Shown one piece after another: positions 9,448 to 19,018 of a DNA stretch of 64,000 nt. The DNA lies in NCBI GenBank assembly GCA_963422735.1, contig OY730476.1, positions 4,352,001 to 4,416,000 on the forward strand, read 5' to 3'. Numbering within the stretch: the stretch's first letter is position 1; every line of letters starts with the position of its first letter. This DNA is from Candidatus Latescibacterota bacterium. GTDB lineage: Bacteria; Latescibacterota; UBA2968; UBA8231. A program made the translations under genes and the position numbers. Under the pieces are notes generated by a model that was given only the letters and a program-made list of their open reading frames with translations, had not been told where the DNA came from and made no database searches.

Positions 9448-10659
9448 ATGATCCCCCACTATCCACCCCTCTACCTGCGCGCCAACAGCGAGCGCACCGT
9501 GCGCAACGGCCACCCTTGGATCTTCTCCGGCGCGGTTGAACGGCCCCCCCGAGACGCCGACACCGGCGATATCGTCGATGTCTTTGACGCCAAAGAGCGT
9601 TTCGTCTGTCGCGGGTTCTACAATCGGCGCTCGCTGATCCGCGTGCGCAGTCTTACCCAAGACCCCAGCCGCCCCATTGACGCAGCCTTTTTCAAAGAGC
9701 GCATCGCCCAAGCCATCGCCCTTCGCCGCAGTGCCGGCTTGTCTGCCCAAACCAACGCCATGCGCCTAGTCCACGGCGAAAGCGATGGCCTGCCCGGCCT
9801 AGTTGCAGACGACTACGCCGGCTATCTAGTGGTGCAATTCCACACCGCCGGCATGGAAAAGCAACGCCCCGCTGTCCTCGACGCGTTCCAAGCCCTGCTC
9901 ACCCCCCGCAGCATGTACGAGCGCAGCGATGTGGGCACTCGCCGCGCCGAGGGGTTGGACGACCGTCCCACGGGCCTACTAATGGGCGAAGAACCGCCCG
10001 AATTCGTCGAAATCGCAGAGCACGGTACGCGCCTCTACGCCGACTTCTATCGCGGCCAGAAGACCGGCTTTTTCCTCGATCAGCGCGCCAACCGCTTCTA
10101 TCTCCAGCAACTCGCCCGCGGCCAGCGCGTACTCAACCTCTTCTCCTATTCGAGCGGCTTTTCAGCCCACGCCCTCAAAGGCGGTGCCGTCCGCACCCTC
10201 GACGTCGATATATCGCCCCAAGTCGTGCCCGCCGCCCGCCGCACCCTCGCGGCCAACCGCCCCCAAGGCTCCCACGCCGACCTGTTGATCGCCGATGTCT
10301 TTCCCTTCGTGGACGAATTGGCTGACCGCGGCCCTCGCTACGATATTGTCGTCTGCGACCCTCCCTCGCTCATGCGGAAGCGCAGCCAGTACAAACAAGC
10401 CATGGGCGTCTATACCAAACTCAATCGCAACGCCTTCCGCCTGATCGCCGACGGCGGGCTGCTGGTGACGGCCTCGTGCTCAGCGCGGATTTCCCAAGAG
10501 GACTTTTTTCAAATCGTCCGCCGCGCCGCCGTTGGTGCCCGGGTCCGCACCCGCCTTCTCGCCTACAACCTGCACCCGGCCGACCATCCGATAGACCCCG
10601 CCTTCCCCGACGGGCGCTACCTCAAGTGCATCTTCGCCCGCGTCTTTCGCCCATCTTGA
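9448..10659 (+). CDS. rlmI: RlmI-like class I SAM-dependent rRNA methyltransferase
   Basis: GHPWIFSGAV PUA domain, GESDGLPGL, GQKTGFFLDQR, LNLFSYS, DPP and YLKC motifs. Confidence 0.85.
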   Translation: MIPHYPPLYLRANSERTVRNGHPWIFSGAVERPPRDADTGDIVDVFDAKERFVCRGFYNRRSLIRVRSLTQDPSRPIDAAFFKERIAQAIALRRSAGLSAQTNAMRLVHGESDGLPGLVADDYAGYLVVQFHTAGMEKQRPAVLDAFQALLTPRSMYERSDVGTRRAEGLDDRPTGLLMGEEPPEFVEIAEHGTRLYADFYRGQKTGFFLDQRANRFYLQQLARGQRVLNLFSYSSGFSAHALKGGAVRTLDVDISPQVVPAARRTLAANRPQGSHADLLIADVFPFVDELADRGPRYDIVVCDPPSLMRKRSQYKQAMGVYTKLNRNAFRLIADGGLLVTASCSARISQEDFFQIVRRAAVGARVRTRLLAYNLHPADHPIDPAFPDGRYLKCIFARVFRPS

Positions 10660-10690
10660 TGCCGCCGGGCGAAAGGAGACCTATCTATAT

Positions 10691-11884
10691 TTGGTCAGAG
10701 GCAGAGTGTACTGGACGGACTTAGACTGTGGTAGGATCTTCCGGTCCAACCTCGATGGCCAAAACGTCGAATATGACTATATCCGATCCGGCTCTCCTAG
10801 GGATATTGTCCTCGACGTGGACCGGGGCAAGATTTACTGGACAGGCTGGATGGACGCGGGGACGATTCAGCGGGCAGACCTCAATGGAGAAAACATTGAA
10901 GTTCTGATCACCGGATTAAATCGTCCCGAGGGAATTGCCTTGCTAAACAGGGACAAGCTCTACTGGACGGACGAGGGAACAGGAGAAGAATACTGGGTAG
11001 CCTCAGAGACGGGGAAAATTCAGGCGGCGGACTTGGACGGCTCCAACGTCAAAGATGCCCTCACCGGCTTGAGCTATCCCAAGGGTATTGCCCTCGACGC
11101 AGTTAGGCGTAAGCTTACTGGACGGACACCGACACGGACCTAGCTGAGCGCATCATCCATAGAGCGGACTTAGACGGTGCAGATGTCGAAGATATAGTCA
11201 CAGGATTAGATCCCTTTAGCTCTGTAGAAATCGCTCTCGACTTAGACGCGGACAAGATCTACTGGACGGAGCAGCGCGCGGGGACGATTCAGCGGGCCGA
11301 CTTGGATGGCACTAATGTCGAAGGTATTTTCTCTCTCCCTGATATTGACTGGTGTTCCTTGGGAGCCTTCGCTCTGAATTTGGTCGGGAACAAGATATAC
11401 TGGGGGGGTTTGGCGTCTGCGCCCTCCATTGATTCAATTCATATTCCGTCACCAAGGTGGTTAGAACTCTTCCGTTCTAACCTAGATGGCTCGCAGGTCA
11501 AAGAAATCTATTCCGGGTTTTGGGTGGAGGGGTATTCACCAGCTCAAACGTCCATCGCTTTCTACATCTCCCACCCAACCTCGGTCTCAACGCCCGGCAC
11601 CACGCCGGCGATACCAACCACCAGCGGCTGGTCGCCCAATTATCCCAACCCCTTCAACGCCAGCACCCAGATCGCCTACCATTTAGCCACCCCCGGCCCA
11701 GTGCGGCTGACGATCTACAATACCTTGGGCCACCCCGTGCGGACGCTCGTGGAGCAGTTCCAGACCGCCGGCTTCTACCAAGTCCCCTGGGACGCCCGCG
11801 ACCAACCCGGTGCGAGGCGTCTATTTCGCCCGCCTGCACTATCCCGGCGGCGAGCAGACCCGACGATTGCTCTTGCTCAAGTAG
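10691..11884 (+). pseudogene. YWTD/LDL-receptor class B repeat protein with PNPFN/FlgD-type C-terminal domain, frameshifted
   Basis: Repeated K(I/L)YWTD...IQRADLDG units. Frameshifts near 11115 and 11815; the terminal GVYFARLHY...RLLLLK* is in another frame. No signal peptide. Confidence 0.82.
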
Positions 11885-11911
11885 CGGCTAGCCCCACGTC
11901 CATCGCCCGTC

Positions 11912-11940
11912 TTGACGCGACCTAGCAAAACGCATATCCT
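11912..11940 (+). promoter_or_regulatory. sigma70-type promoter for uvrC
   Basis: TTGACG-N17-TATCCT. Confidence 0.5.
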
Positions 11941-11973
11941 CGTTGAAATTATGTCAATCTGCATCCCTTTCTG

Positions 11974-13824
11974 ATGAAAAACCTCTCCGAAGATCTGCGC
12001 CTCAAACTCGCCGCCCTGCCCGCCGAATCCGGCGTCTATATTATGAAAAGGCGCGATGGGCAGATCATCTACATCGGCAAGGCCAAAAGCCTGCGCGACC
12101 GGGTGCGCTCGTACTTTCGCACGTCGGGCGGCGATGGCCGGCGTCAGTTCAAAGCCTTAGTTCGCAATATCGCCGATATCGACTACATCGTAACGAGCAG
12201 CGAGCAGGAGGCCCTCATCCTCGAAGCCACCCAGATCCATACGCACAAGCCGCGTTACAACATCCTGCTCAAAGACGACAAGAAATACCCTTATATCCGC
12301 ATCACAACCGAGCCTTTTCCCCGCATTTTCGCCACCCGCGACGTAGTCCGCGACGGCTCGCGCTACCTCGGCCCGTACAGCAATGTCCGCGCCATGCACA
12401 CCACCCTCGATATGCTGCGCAAGGTTTTCCCCATCCGCTCCTGCAACGCCCAGTTGCCCTCAGACAAGGTTCCGCTGTGCCTCGAATACCATATCAAGCG
12501 CTGCGAAGGCCCTTGCGAAAATCTCGTCTCGGCTGATGACTATCGCAAAACCGTCGAGCGGGCCGTGCGCTTTTTGCGCGGCCAGAACGCCGAAGTGATC
12601 CGCGAGCTGCAAAAGCGCATGGCCGAAGCCGCCGAGGCCATGCGCTACGAAAAAGCAGCCCGCTACCGCGACCAAATCCAAGCGTTAGAGTCCATGCGCG
12701 CACGTCAGAAGGTCGTCCTGGACGACCCGGTTGACCGCGACGTACTCGGCATGGCCCGCAGCGACGACGAAGCCTGTTGCAGCGTCCTCGAAATTCGCGA
12801 GGGCCGCCTGCTCGGCAAAAAGCACCACTTTCTCGGCGGGGTCATGGAGTCCTCAGACAGAGAAATCCTCTCGGCCTTTGCGCGACAATTCTATCTGCAA
12901 AACGACTTCGTCCCGCCCGAGATCCACCTGCCGGCCCAGCCGGCCGATGCCGACGCGGTGGCCGCTTGGCTATCGCAAAAGGCCAGCGGCAAGGTCGAGT
13001 TGGCAACCCCCCAGCGCGGTGCCAAGGCGCAGATGCTGGACATGGCCGCCAAGAACGCTGCCCAGATGCTCGCTGAACGCCAGCACAAGCGCGAGATGAA
13101 GCGCGACCTCATCCCCCAAGCGGTCTATGCCCTCCAGCGCGACTTGCAGCTAGCGGCCCCGCCCCGCCGCATCGAAGGCATCGACATCTCCACCTTCCAA
13201 GGTGCGCACCCGGTCGGCTCGGTGGTCTGCTTTATCGACGGCCGGGCCAAGCGCAGTCAGTACCGCTACTTCAAGATCCGCGACCTCGCCCAGCCCGACG
13301 ACTACGCCGCCATCCACCAAGTGGTCTATCGCCGCTTCCGCGGCCTTGCCGAGCGCAACGAGCCGCGGCCCGACTTGCTGCTCATCGACGGTGGGCCGGG
13401 CCAACTTGCCAGTGCGGTCGCCGCCCTGCGCGAGCTAGACATGATAGAACAACCCGTCGTCGGCCTCGCCAAGCGCTTTGAGGAAGTCTTCCTGCCAAGC
13501 CAGCGCGATCCCCTACTGCTGCCCAAGACCTCGGCCAGCCTGCGCCTGTTGCAGATGCTGCGCGACGAAGCCCACCGCTTCGCGCTCAAAAACCACCGCC
13601 AGCAACGCGCCAAGAGCGCACTCGGCTCAACCTTGGATCGCGTCCCCGGCATCGGCCCGCAAAAGCGCAAGGCCCTGCTCGTTGCCTTTGGCTCGGTCAA
13701 GCGCATCGCCGCCACGCCGGCCGAGGAAATCGCCGCCCTCCCCGGCTTCAGCCGCAAACAGGCCGACGCCTTGCTCGCTCAGCTCAACGGCCCGGATCAT
13801 GGCCCGCCCGAAATCCACTCCTGA
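11974..13824 (+). CDS. uvrC: excinuclease ABC subunit C
   Basis: GIY-YIG (GVY...IYIGKAKSLRDRVRSYF), UVR domain, IEGIDIS, DLLLIDGGPGQ, RDEAHRFA and HhH motifs. Confidence 0.97.
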   Translation: MKNLSEDLRLKLAALPAESGVYIMKRRDGQIIYIGKAKSLRDRVRSYFRTSGGDGRRQFKALVRNIADIDYIVTSSEQEALILEATQIHTHKPRYNILLKDDKKYPYIRITTEPFPRIFATRDVVRDGSRYLGPYSNVRAMHTTLDMLRKVFPIRSCNAQLPSDKVPLCLEYHIKRCEGPCENLVSADDYRKTVERAVRFLRGQNAEVIRELQKRMAEAAEAMRYEKAARYRDQIQALESMRARQKVVLDDPVDRDVLGMARSDDEACCSVLEIREGRLLGKKHHFLGGVMESSDREILSAFARQFYLQNDFVPPEIHLPAQPADADAVAAWLSQKASGKVELATPQRGAKAQMLDMAAKNAAQMLAERQHKREMKRDLIPQAVYALQRDLQLAAPPRRIEGIDISTFQGAHPVGSVVCFIDGRAKRSQYRYFKIRDLAQPDDYAAIHQVVYRRFRGLAERNEPRPDLLLIDGGPGQLASAVAALRELDMIEQPVVGLAKRFEEVFLPSQRDPLLLPKTSASLRLLQMLRDEAHRFALKNHRQQRAKSALGSTLDRVPGIGPQKRKALLVAFGSVKRIAATPAEEIAALPGFSRKQADALLAQLNGPDHGPPEIHS

Positions 13825-14725
13825 ACGCCCGCTACCAGCGGCCCTGTCCATCCCTTGCGAGCACTTCCTCAAGGCCATGGAGCGCGACAATGGGCTGGCG
13901 GCCAATACCCTCGACGCCTATCGCCGCGACCTCAACCGCTATCTGCACCACCTGTCTGCCCAAGGCGTCGAGCGCGTAGAAGCCGTCCAACACCAGCACA
14001 TCGCCCACCTGCTCCACTCGCTCAGGGACGCCGGCCTGACCCCTTCGACTATGGCCCGCAACCTCACCTCGATAAAGTGCTTCCACCAGTATCTACTGCT
14101 CCAAGGCGCAACGACACACAACCCGGCCGAACTCCTCGATCCGCCCAAACTAGAGCGCCGCTTGCCCGATGTGCTGTCGGTAGAAGAAATCGCCGCCCTC
14201 CTCGTCGCGCCCGACCCCGACGAGCCGCTGGGCCAGCGCGACCGGGCCGTCCTCGCCGTGCTCTACGCCACTGGCATCCGCGTCTCCGAGCTGACCGCGC
14301 TGCAACAGACAGCCCTCCTGCTGGCGCGGGGCCTCGTCCGCATCTGCGGTCGGCGCGAGCGCATCGTGCCCATAGCAGCCAAAGACGTCCGCACGCTCAA
14401 ACGCTACCTGCGCCAAGGCCGCCCCTACCTCGCCCATCCCGACTCAAGCGACCATGTCTTTCTCAACGCCCAAGGTGGCCCGCTCTCGCGGATGAGCGTG
14501 TGGAAGATCATCAAAACCGCCGGCGACAAGGCTTGCATAGGCAAGGAAATCAGCCCCCGCACCCTGCGCCACTCCTTTGCCACGCATCTGTTAGAAGGCG
14601 GTGCCAACCTCCGCGCCGTGCAGGAGTTGTTGGGCCACGCCGACATCTCCACCACCCAGATCTATACGCACCTCGACCTCAGCTATCTCAAGGAGGTCCA
14701 CAAGACCTACCACCCCCGAGGCTAA
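13799..14725 (+). CDS. xerD: tyrosine recombinase XerD
   Basis: LAANTLDAYRRDL, LYATGIRVSEL, TLRHSFATHLLEGGANLRAVQELLGHADISTTQIYTH. Confidence 0.9.
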   Translation: MARPKSTPERPLPAALSIPCEHFLKAMERDNGLAANTLDAYRRDLNRYLHHLSAQGVERVEAVQHQHIAHLLHSLRDAGLTPSTMARNLTSIKCFHQYLLLQGATTHNPAELLDPPKLERRLPDVLSVEEIAALLVAPDPDEPLGQRDRAVLAVLYATGIRVSELTALQQTALLLARGLVRICGRRERIVPIAAKDVRTLKRYLRQGRPYLAHPDSSDHVFLNAQGGPLSRMSVWKIIKTAGDKACIGKEISPRTLRHSFATHLLEGGANLRAVQELLGHADISTTQIYTHLDLSYLKEVHKTYHPRG

Positions 14726-15463
14726 ATGGAGCCTCAGCTAGTCGCCGCAGGACTCAACAAGCACTTCCCCTCCGGGGTCCAAGCCCTGCGCGATCTCAAT
14801 TTGGAAATTGGCCGCGGTCAATTCGTCTCCATCGTCGGCCCTTCCGGCTGCGGCAAATCCACCTTCCTCCGCCTCGTGGCTGGCCTCGACGCGCCCACAA
14901 GCGGCGAGCTGCGCGTGAATAGCCACGACCCGCTCGGCCTCGCCTTCGTCTTCCAAGACGCCACGCTGCTGCCTTGGCGACCGGTCGCGCACAACATCAC
15001 CCTCCCCTTAGAGCTGCGCCGCGAGGCCGACGACGAGCGCGTTGCCCAGACACTTGAACTGGTCGGCCTAACCGACTTTGCCGATGCGTACCCGGCCCAG
15101 CTCTCCGGCGGCATGCGCATGCGGGTCTCCATTGCCCGTGCGCTGGTGACCCGTCCCCAGATCCTGCTCCTCGACGAGCCTTTTGGCGCGCTCGACGAAA
15201 TCACCCGTCAGCGACTCAACGAGGAGTTGTTGCGCCTGTGGCAGGAAGACCGCTGGACTGGCCTCTTCGTCACGCACAGCGTCTCCGAAGCCATCTTTCT
15301 CAGCCAGCGGGTCCTCGTGCTGAGCGCGCGCCCCGGCCGCCTCCTCGGCGACATCCCCATCCCGTTTCCCTATCCGCGTCCGCCGGACCTGCGCAGCACC
15401 TCTGAATTCATCCGCATAGCCAACGAGATTTCGCGCCAGCTCGCCCACGCCGACGACCCATGA
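14726..15463 (+). CDS. ABC transporter ATP-binding protein (NitT/TauT family)
   Basis: GPSGCGKS, LSGGMRMR and LLLDEPFGALD motifs. Confidence 0.93.
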   Translation: MEPQLVAAGLNKHFPSGVQALRDLNLEIGRGQFVSIVGPSGCGKSTFLRLVAGLDAPTSGELRVNSHDPLGLAFVFQDATLLPWRPVAHNITLPLELRREADDERVAQTLELVGLTDFADAYPAQLSGGMRMRVSIARALVTRPQILLLDEPFGALDEITRQRLNEELLRLWQEDRWTGLFVTHSVSEAIFLSQRVLVLSARPGRLLGDIPIPFPYPRPPDLRSTSEFIRIANEISRQLAHADDP

Positions 15464-16242
15464 AACGACTGCGCTCCCTGACGACCAATACCCTGCCTCC
15501 GCTGCTGTTTTTCGCCTTGGTCCTGTGCGCTTGGCAAGGAGCGATCTCGCTCCTTGCCATCGAGCCTTTCCTGTTGCCCGGCCCCTTGCTCGTGGCCCAG
15601 GCCATCGCCGACAATTTGCCGCGCCTGCTGTCGGCTACCCTGCTGACGGCCTTGGGTGCCCTCTTGGGCTTTGTCCTTAGCTTTGCCTTTGGCTTCTTGG
15701 TCGCCTTACTGTTTTCCCAGTCGCGCCTCATCGAGCGCAGCCTCTACCCCTACGCGATCTTCTTGCAGACCATGCCCATTGTAGCCATCGCGCCCCTGAT
15801 CATCCTGTGGATCGGCTACGGTCTCCAAGGCGTGGTGGCTGTCTCCTTCATCATTGCTCTCTTCCCGGTCATCGCCAATACCACCGACGGCCTAGCGCGC
15901 GTCGATCCCCACATTCTCGACTTTTTCGCCCTCAACAAGGCCAACCGCTGGCAGGTGCTGTTCAAGCTCCGCGTCCCCGGTGCCGTACCCCAGATGCTCG
16001 TCGGTGCCCGCATCTCCAGCGGCCTGTCGGTCATCGGCGCGATTGTCGGCGAGTTTTTCGCCGGCTACGGCACCAAAGATTTTGGTCTCGGCTACTTGAT
16101 CATCCTCACTAACGGCCAAGCCAAGACCGACTATCTCTTCGCCTGCATTCTGTTTTGCACATTGCTCGGCTTGGGGCTGTTTACCGCCGTGGGCAGCGTG
16201 AGTACTTTCTTGCTCAGACGCTGGACGGGCGCATCCGAGTAA
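15460..16242 (+). CDS. ABC transporter permease (NitT/TauT family)
   Basis: Multiple TM segments, QTMPIVAIAPL and AIVGEF motifs. Confidence 0.92.
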   Translation: MKRLRSLTTNTLPPLLFFALVLCAWQGAISLLAIEPFLLPGPLLVAQAIADNLPRLLSATLLTALGALLGFVLSFAFGFLVALLFSQSRLIERSLYPYAIFLQTMPIVAIAPLIILWIGYGLQGVVAVSFIIALFPVIANTTDGLARVDPHILDFFALNKANRWQVLFKLRVPGAVPQMLVGARISSGLSVIGAIVGEFFAGYGTKDFGLGYLIILTNGQAKTDYLFACILFCTLLGLGLFTAVGSVSTFLLRRWTGASE

Positions 16243-16258
16243 AAGAGAGGAACCATTC

Positions 16259-16948
16259 ATGTATAGCTTAAAGCAAATCATCTGTCTGGCGAACTCGCGG
16301 AAACTGAGAGGACGGTGCATCGCGGGTCGGGAATGGAGCGAGGAACAAGGAGCTGGCAGTTGGATTCGGCCCGTGAGCGCACGTGCAAACCAAGGAGTGT
16401 CTGAGTACGAGCGTCAATACAAAGATGGCAGCGATCCTCGGGTACTCGACATCATCAACATCCCAGTTCTAGAGCCACAGCCCAAGGGCTATCAGACCGA
16501 GAATTGGTTACTCGATCCGAACTGCTATTGGGAGAAGACCGGTACGCTTTCGCCACGTGAACTGCCTGAACTTGTGGATCCGATTGCTGCGTTATGGATT
16601 GACGGACAAAGCACCTACCATGGTCAGAACAACAAAATTTTGCTCGAATCAGCGGATCGGGTTGCTGATTCGTTGAGGCTAATCCACGTAAAACGGATGA
16701 ACCTTGCGGTATTCAAACACGGTGAAGCCTTCGGTAATCCCAAGCGACGAGTACAAGGACAATTCACCCACGCGGATACGGAGTATAAACTACAGGTCAC
16801 CGATCCTACATACGAGAGGGCATACCTAGCGAAGCCAGATGGTTCTTATAATATCGGCGAGTGCTACCTCACTATTAGCTTAGGGGAACCATTCAAGGGA
16901 ACATGTTACAAACTAATCGCTGCGATCATTTGGGCAGGCTCGCGATAG
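16259..16948 (+). CDS. dual OB-fold (DuOB)-like protein
   Basis: IICLANSRKxxGRCIAG, WIRPVS, YQTENW, VTDP and LTISLGEPF...CYKLIAAII motifs. RBS-like GAGG upstream. Confidence 0.75.
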   Translation: MYSLKQIICLANSRKLRGRCIAGREWSEEQGAGSWIRPVSARANQGVSEYERQYKDGSDPRVLDIINIPVLEPQPKGYQTENWLLDPNCYWEKTGTLSPRELPELVDPIAALWIDGQSTYHGQNNKILLESADRVADSLRLIHVKRMNLAVFKHGEAFGNPKRRVQGQFTHADTEYKLQVTDPTYERAYLAKPDGSYNIGECYLTISLGEPFKGTCYKLIAAIIWAGSR

Positions 16949-16952
16949 TGTC

Positions 16953-17579
16953 ATGAGTACGACCAACAGCCCCGTCCTTACCATCGGCCATTCCAACCAT
17001 GCTCTAGACTCCTTCATTGCGCTCCTACAACGGCATCACGTCACGGCCTTGGCCGATGTTCGCTCCGCGCCGTATAGCCGCTTCAATCCCCAATTTAATC
17101 GCGAACCGTTAGCCGGTAATCTCAAAAAACATGGGATCGAGTATGTATATCTGGGTCATGCGCTAGGCGGTCGCTCCGATGATCCTACCTGCTACGAGAA
17201 TGGGCGCGTCCGCTACGACCTCGTCGCCGCAACGGAGTTATTTCAAAACGGTTTGGATCGCGTCATTCGCGGCTCAGCGCATTACCGCATCGCGCTCTTT
17301 TGTGCAGAGCAGGAGCCTCTCGAATGCCATCGGACGCTCCTCGTCGCTCAGGCACTGAACGAGCGCAGGGTCGAGGTCTCGCATATTCATGCCGATGGCC
17401 GCCTGGAATTGCACAGCGAGGCCATGGATCGTTTACTCAACCTTTATCGACTTGGCGGTCTGTTCCGCGCAACGCAACCACGAGAAAAACTGGTCGCCGA
17501 GGCTATTGAGCTTCAGGCAAAACGGGTTGCCTTTGTGGACAAAAACCTAGCCACAACTTTCGAGGAATCAAACCCATGA
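16953..17579 (+). CDS. DUF488 family protein
   Basis: TIGHSNH, LADVRSAPYSR, LGGR and CAEQEPLECHR motifs. Confidence 0.9.
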   Translation: MSTTNSPVLTIGHSNHALDSFIALLQRHHVTALADVRSAPYSRFNPQFNREPLAGNLKKHGIEYVYLGHALGGRSDDPTCYENGRVRYDLVAATELFQNGLDRVIRGSAHYRIALFCAEQEPLECHRTLLVAQALNERRVEVSHIHADGRLELHSEAMDRLLNLYRLGGLFRATQPREKLVAEAIELQAKRVAFVDKNLATTFEESNP

Positions 17580-18013
17580 AACTTTTTACCATTGGTTTCA
17601 CCAAAAAGTCCGCCCGCCGTTTCTTTGACTTGCTGCACCAGTCGGGCACTAAGCGCGTCGTTGATGTGCGGCTCAACAACAGGTCGCAACTGGCCGGTTT
17701 CGCCAAGCAGGACGATCTCGCGTACTTTCTCAGCGAGCTTTGCGGAATAGAGTACGTTCACCTGCCGACGCTGGCCCCGACGAAGGAGATGCTAGACGAC
17801 TACAAAAAACGGCGCAGCGACTGGCAGACCTACGAGGACCGCTTCATCGCGCTCATGCGCCAGCGGCGGATTGAGGCGGCTATTCCGCAAGAGATCGTCG
17901 CCGACGGCTGCCTGCTGTGCAGCGAAGAAAAGCCGCACCACTGCCACCGTCGGCTCGTGACCGAGTACCTAAAACAGCATTGGGGCAACGTAGAGATCGC
18001 CCATCTCGGATGA
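17576..18013 (+). CDS. DUF488 family protein (second subtype)
   Basis: TIGFTKKS, DVRLNNRSQLAGFAK, LAPT and CSEEKPHHCHRRL motifs. ATGA overlap with the previous gene. Confidence 0.9.
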   Translation: MKLFTIGFTKKSARRFFDLLHQSGTKRVVDVRLNNRSQLAGFAKQDDLAYFLSELCGIEYVHLPTLAPTKEMLDDYKKRRSDWQTYEDRFIALMRQRRIEAAIPQEIVADGCLLCSEEKPHHCHRRLVTEYLKQHWGNVEIAHLG

Positions 18014-18051
18014 GGATTCGCAAACCAATTTTCTCAGTAAGACATCTTCTC

Positions 18052-19014
18052 ATGCTGCAAATCTACGCATTCTTAGCCGGCCTCTTCCTAACCGCCTGCG
18101 CCGCTGAAAAAGAAGCACCCACAGCCGACGCTCCCAAAGTCCAACTTGCACTCAACTGGTTTCCAGAAGCCGAACACGGCGGCTTGTACGCGGCTGCAGT
18201 CCACGGCTACTACGAGGAAAACGGCGTCGAGGTTGAAATCCTCGGCGGCGGCCCGGACGCGCCGGTCGTCCAGCGCGTGGCTACCGGCGCGGTTGATTTT
18301 GGCATAGTCAATGCCGACGACATTCTGTACGCCCGCGCCCAACAGATCCCGGTGGTCGCGCTCATGGCGTCCTATCAGATCAGCCCGCGCTGCATCATGG
18401 TCCACGAAAGCGCGGGCATCGACTCCATCTCCCAGATCCAAAACATTACCTTGGCCCTGTCGCAACGCCCGGCCTTCTCGCACTATCTGCGCTGGAAATA
18501 CCCATTTGAAGGCGTCGCGATCGTCCCCTATCCGGGCAATGTGGCCCAATTCCTCGCAGACGAAAATTTCGCCCAGCAGGGCTACGTCTTCAGCGAGCCT
18601 TTCGTCGCCAAGACCAAAGGGGGCGATCCCAAGGCCCTGCTCGTAGCCGACACCGGCTTCAACCCCTATGCCAGCGTGCTCATCACCACCGAAGAGCGCA
18701 TCGCCGCCGAGCCCGAGCTCGTTGGTGCCGTAGTCCGCGCCAGCGTCCAAGGCTGGGAGAAATACCTCGCCGAGCCCGAGGCGACCAACCGCCATATCAA
18801 CGGCCTCAATCCCGAGATGGGTATGGGCATTCTCGCCTATGGTGCCGCCGAATCCATCGACATGATTCTCGATCCGGTCGCCCAACAGAACGGCCTCGGC
18901 AGCATGACCCTACAGCGCTGGCAGGAGCTATTAGGGCAAATGGTGGCCGTTGGCCTGACCAAAGACGGCGTCGTCGATGCCGAAGGGGTCTTCACCAACC
19001 GCTTCTTGCCCTAG
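18052..19014 (+). CDS. ABC transporter substrate-binding lipoprotein (NMT1/THI5/SsuA-like)
   Basis: Lipobox LTAC, LNWFPEAEHGGLYAA and QQGYVFSEP motifs. Confidence 0.9.
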   Translation: MLQIYAFLAGLFLTACAAEKEAPTADAPKVQLALNWFPEAEHGGLYAAAVHGYYEENGVEVEILGGGPDAPVVQRVATGAVDFGIVNADDILYARAQQIPVVALMASYQISPRCIMVHESAGIDSISQIQNITLALSQRPAFSHYLRWKYPFEGVAIVPYPGNVAQFLADENFAQQGYVFSEPFVAKTKGGDPKALLVADTGFNPYASVLITTEERIAAEPELVGAVVRASVQGWEKYLAEPEATNRHINGLNPEMGMGILAYGAAESIDMILDPVAQQNGLGSMTLQRWQELLGQMVAVGLTKDGVVDAEGVFTNRFLP

Positions 19015-19018
19015 CTCC

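Noticed and set aside
13478-13798. N-terminal extension of the XerD ORF
   Set aside because: It overlaps uvrC in another frame; the ATG at 13799 gives a normal XerD length.
13799-14725. tyrosine recombinase as the integrase of an island
   Set aside because: It has a chromosomal XerD signature, is coupled to uvrC, and has no att or tRNA context.
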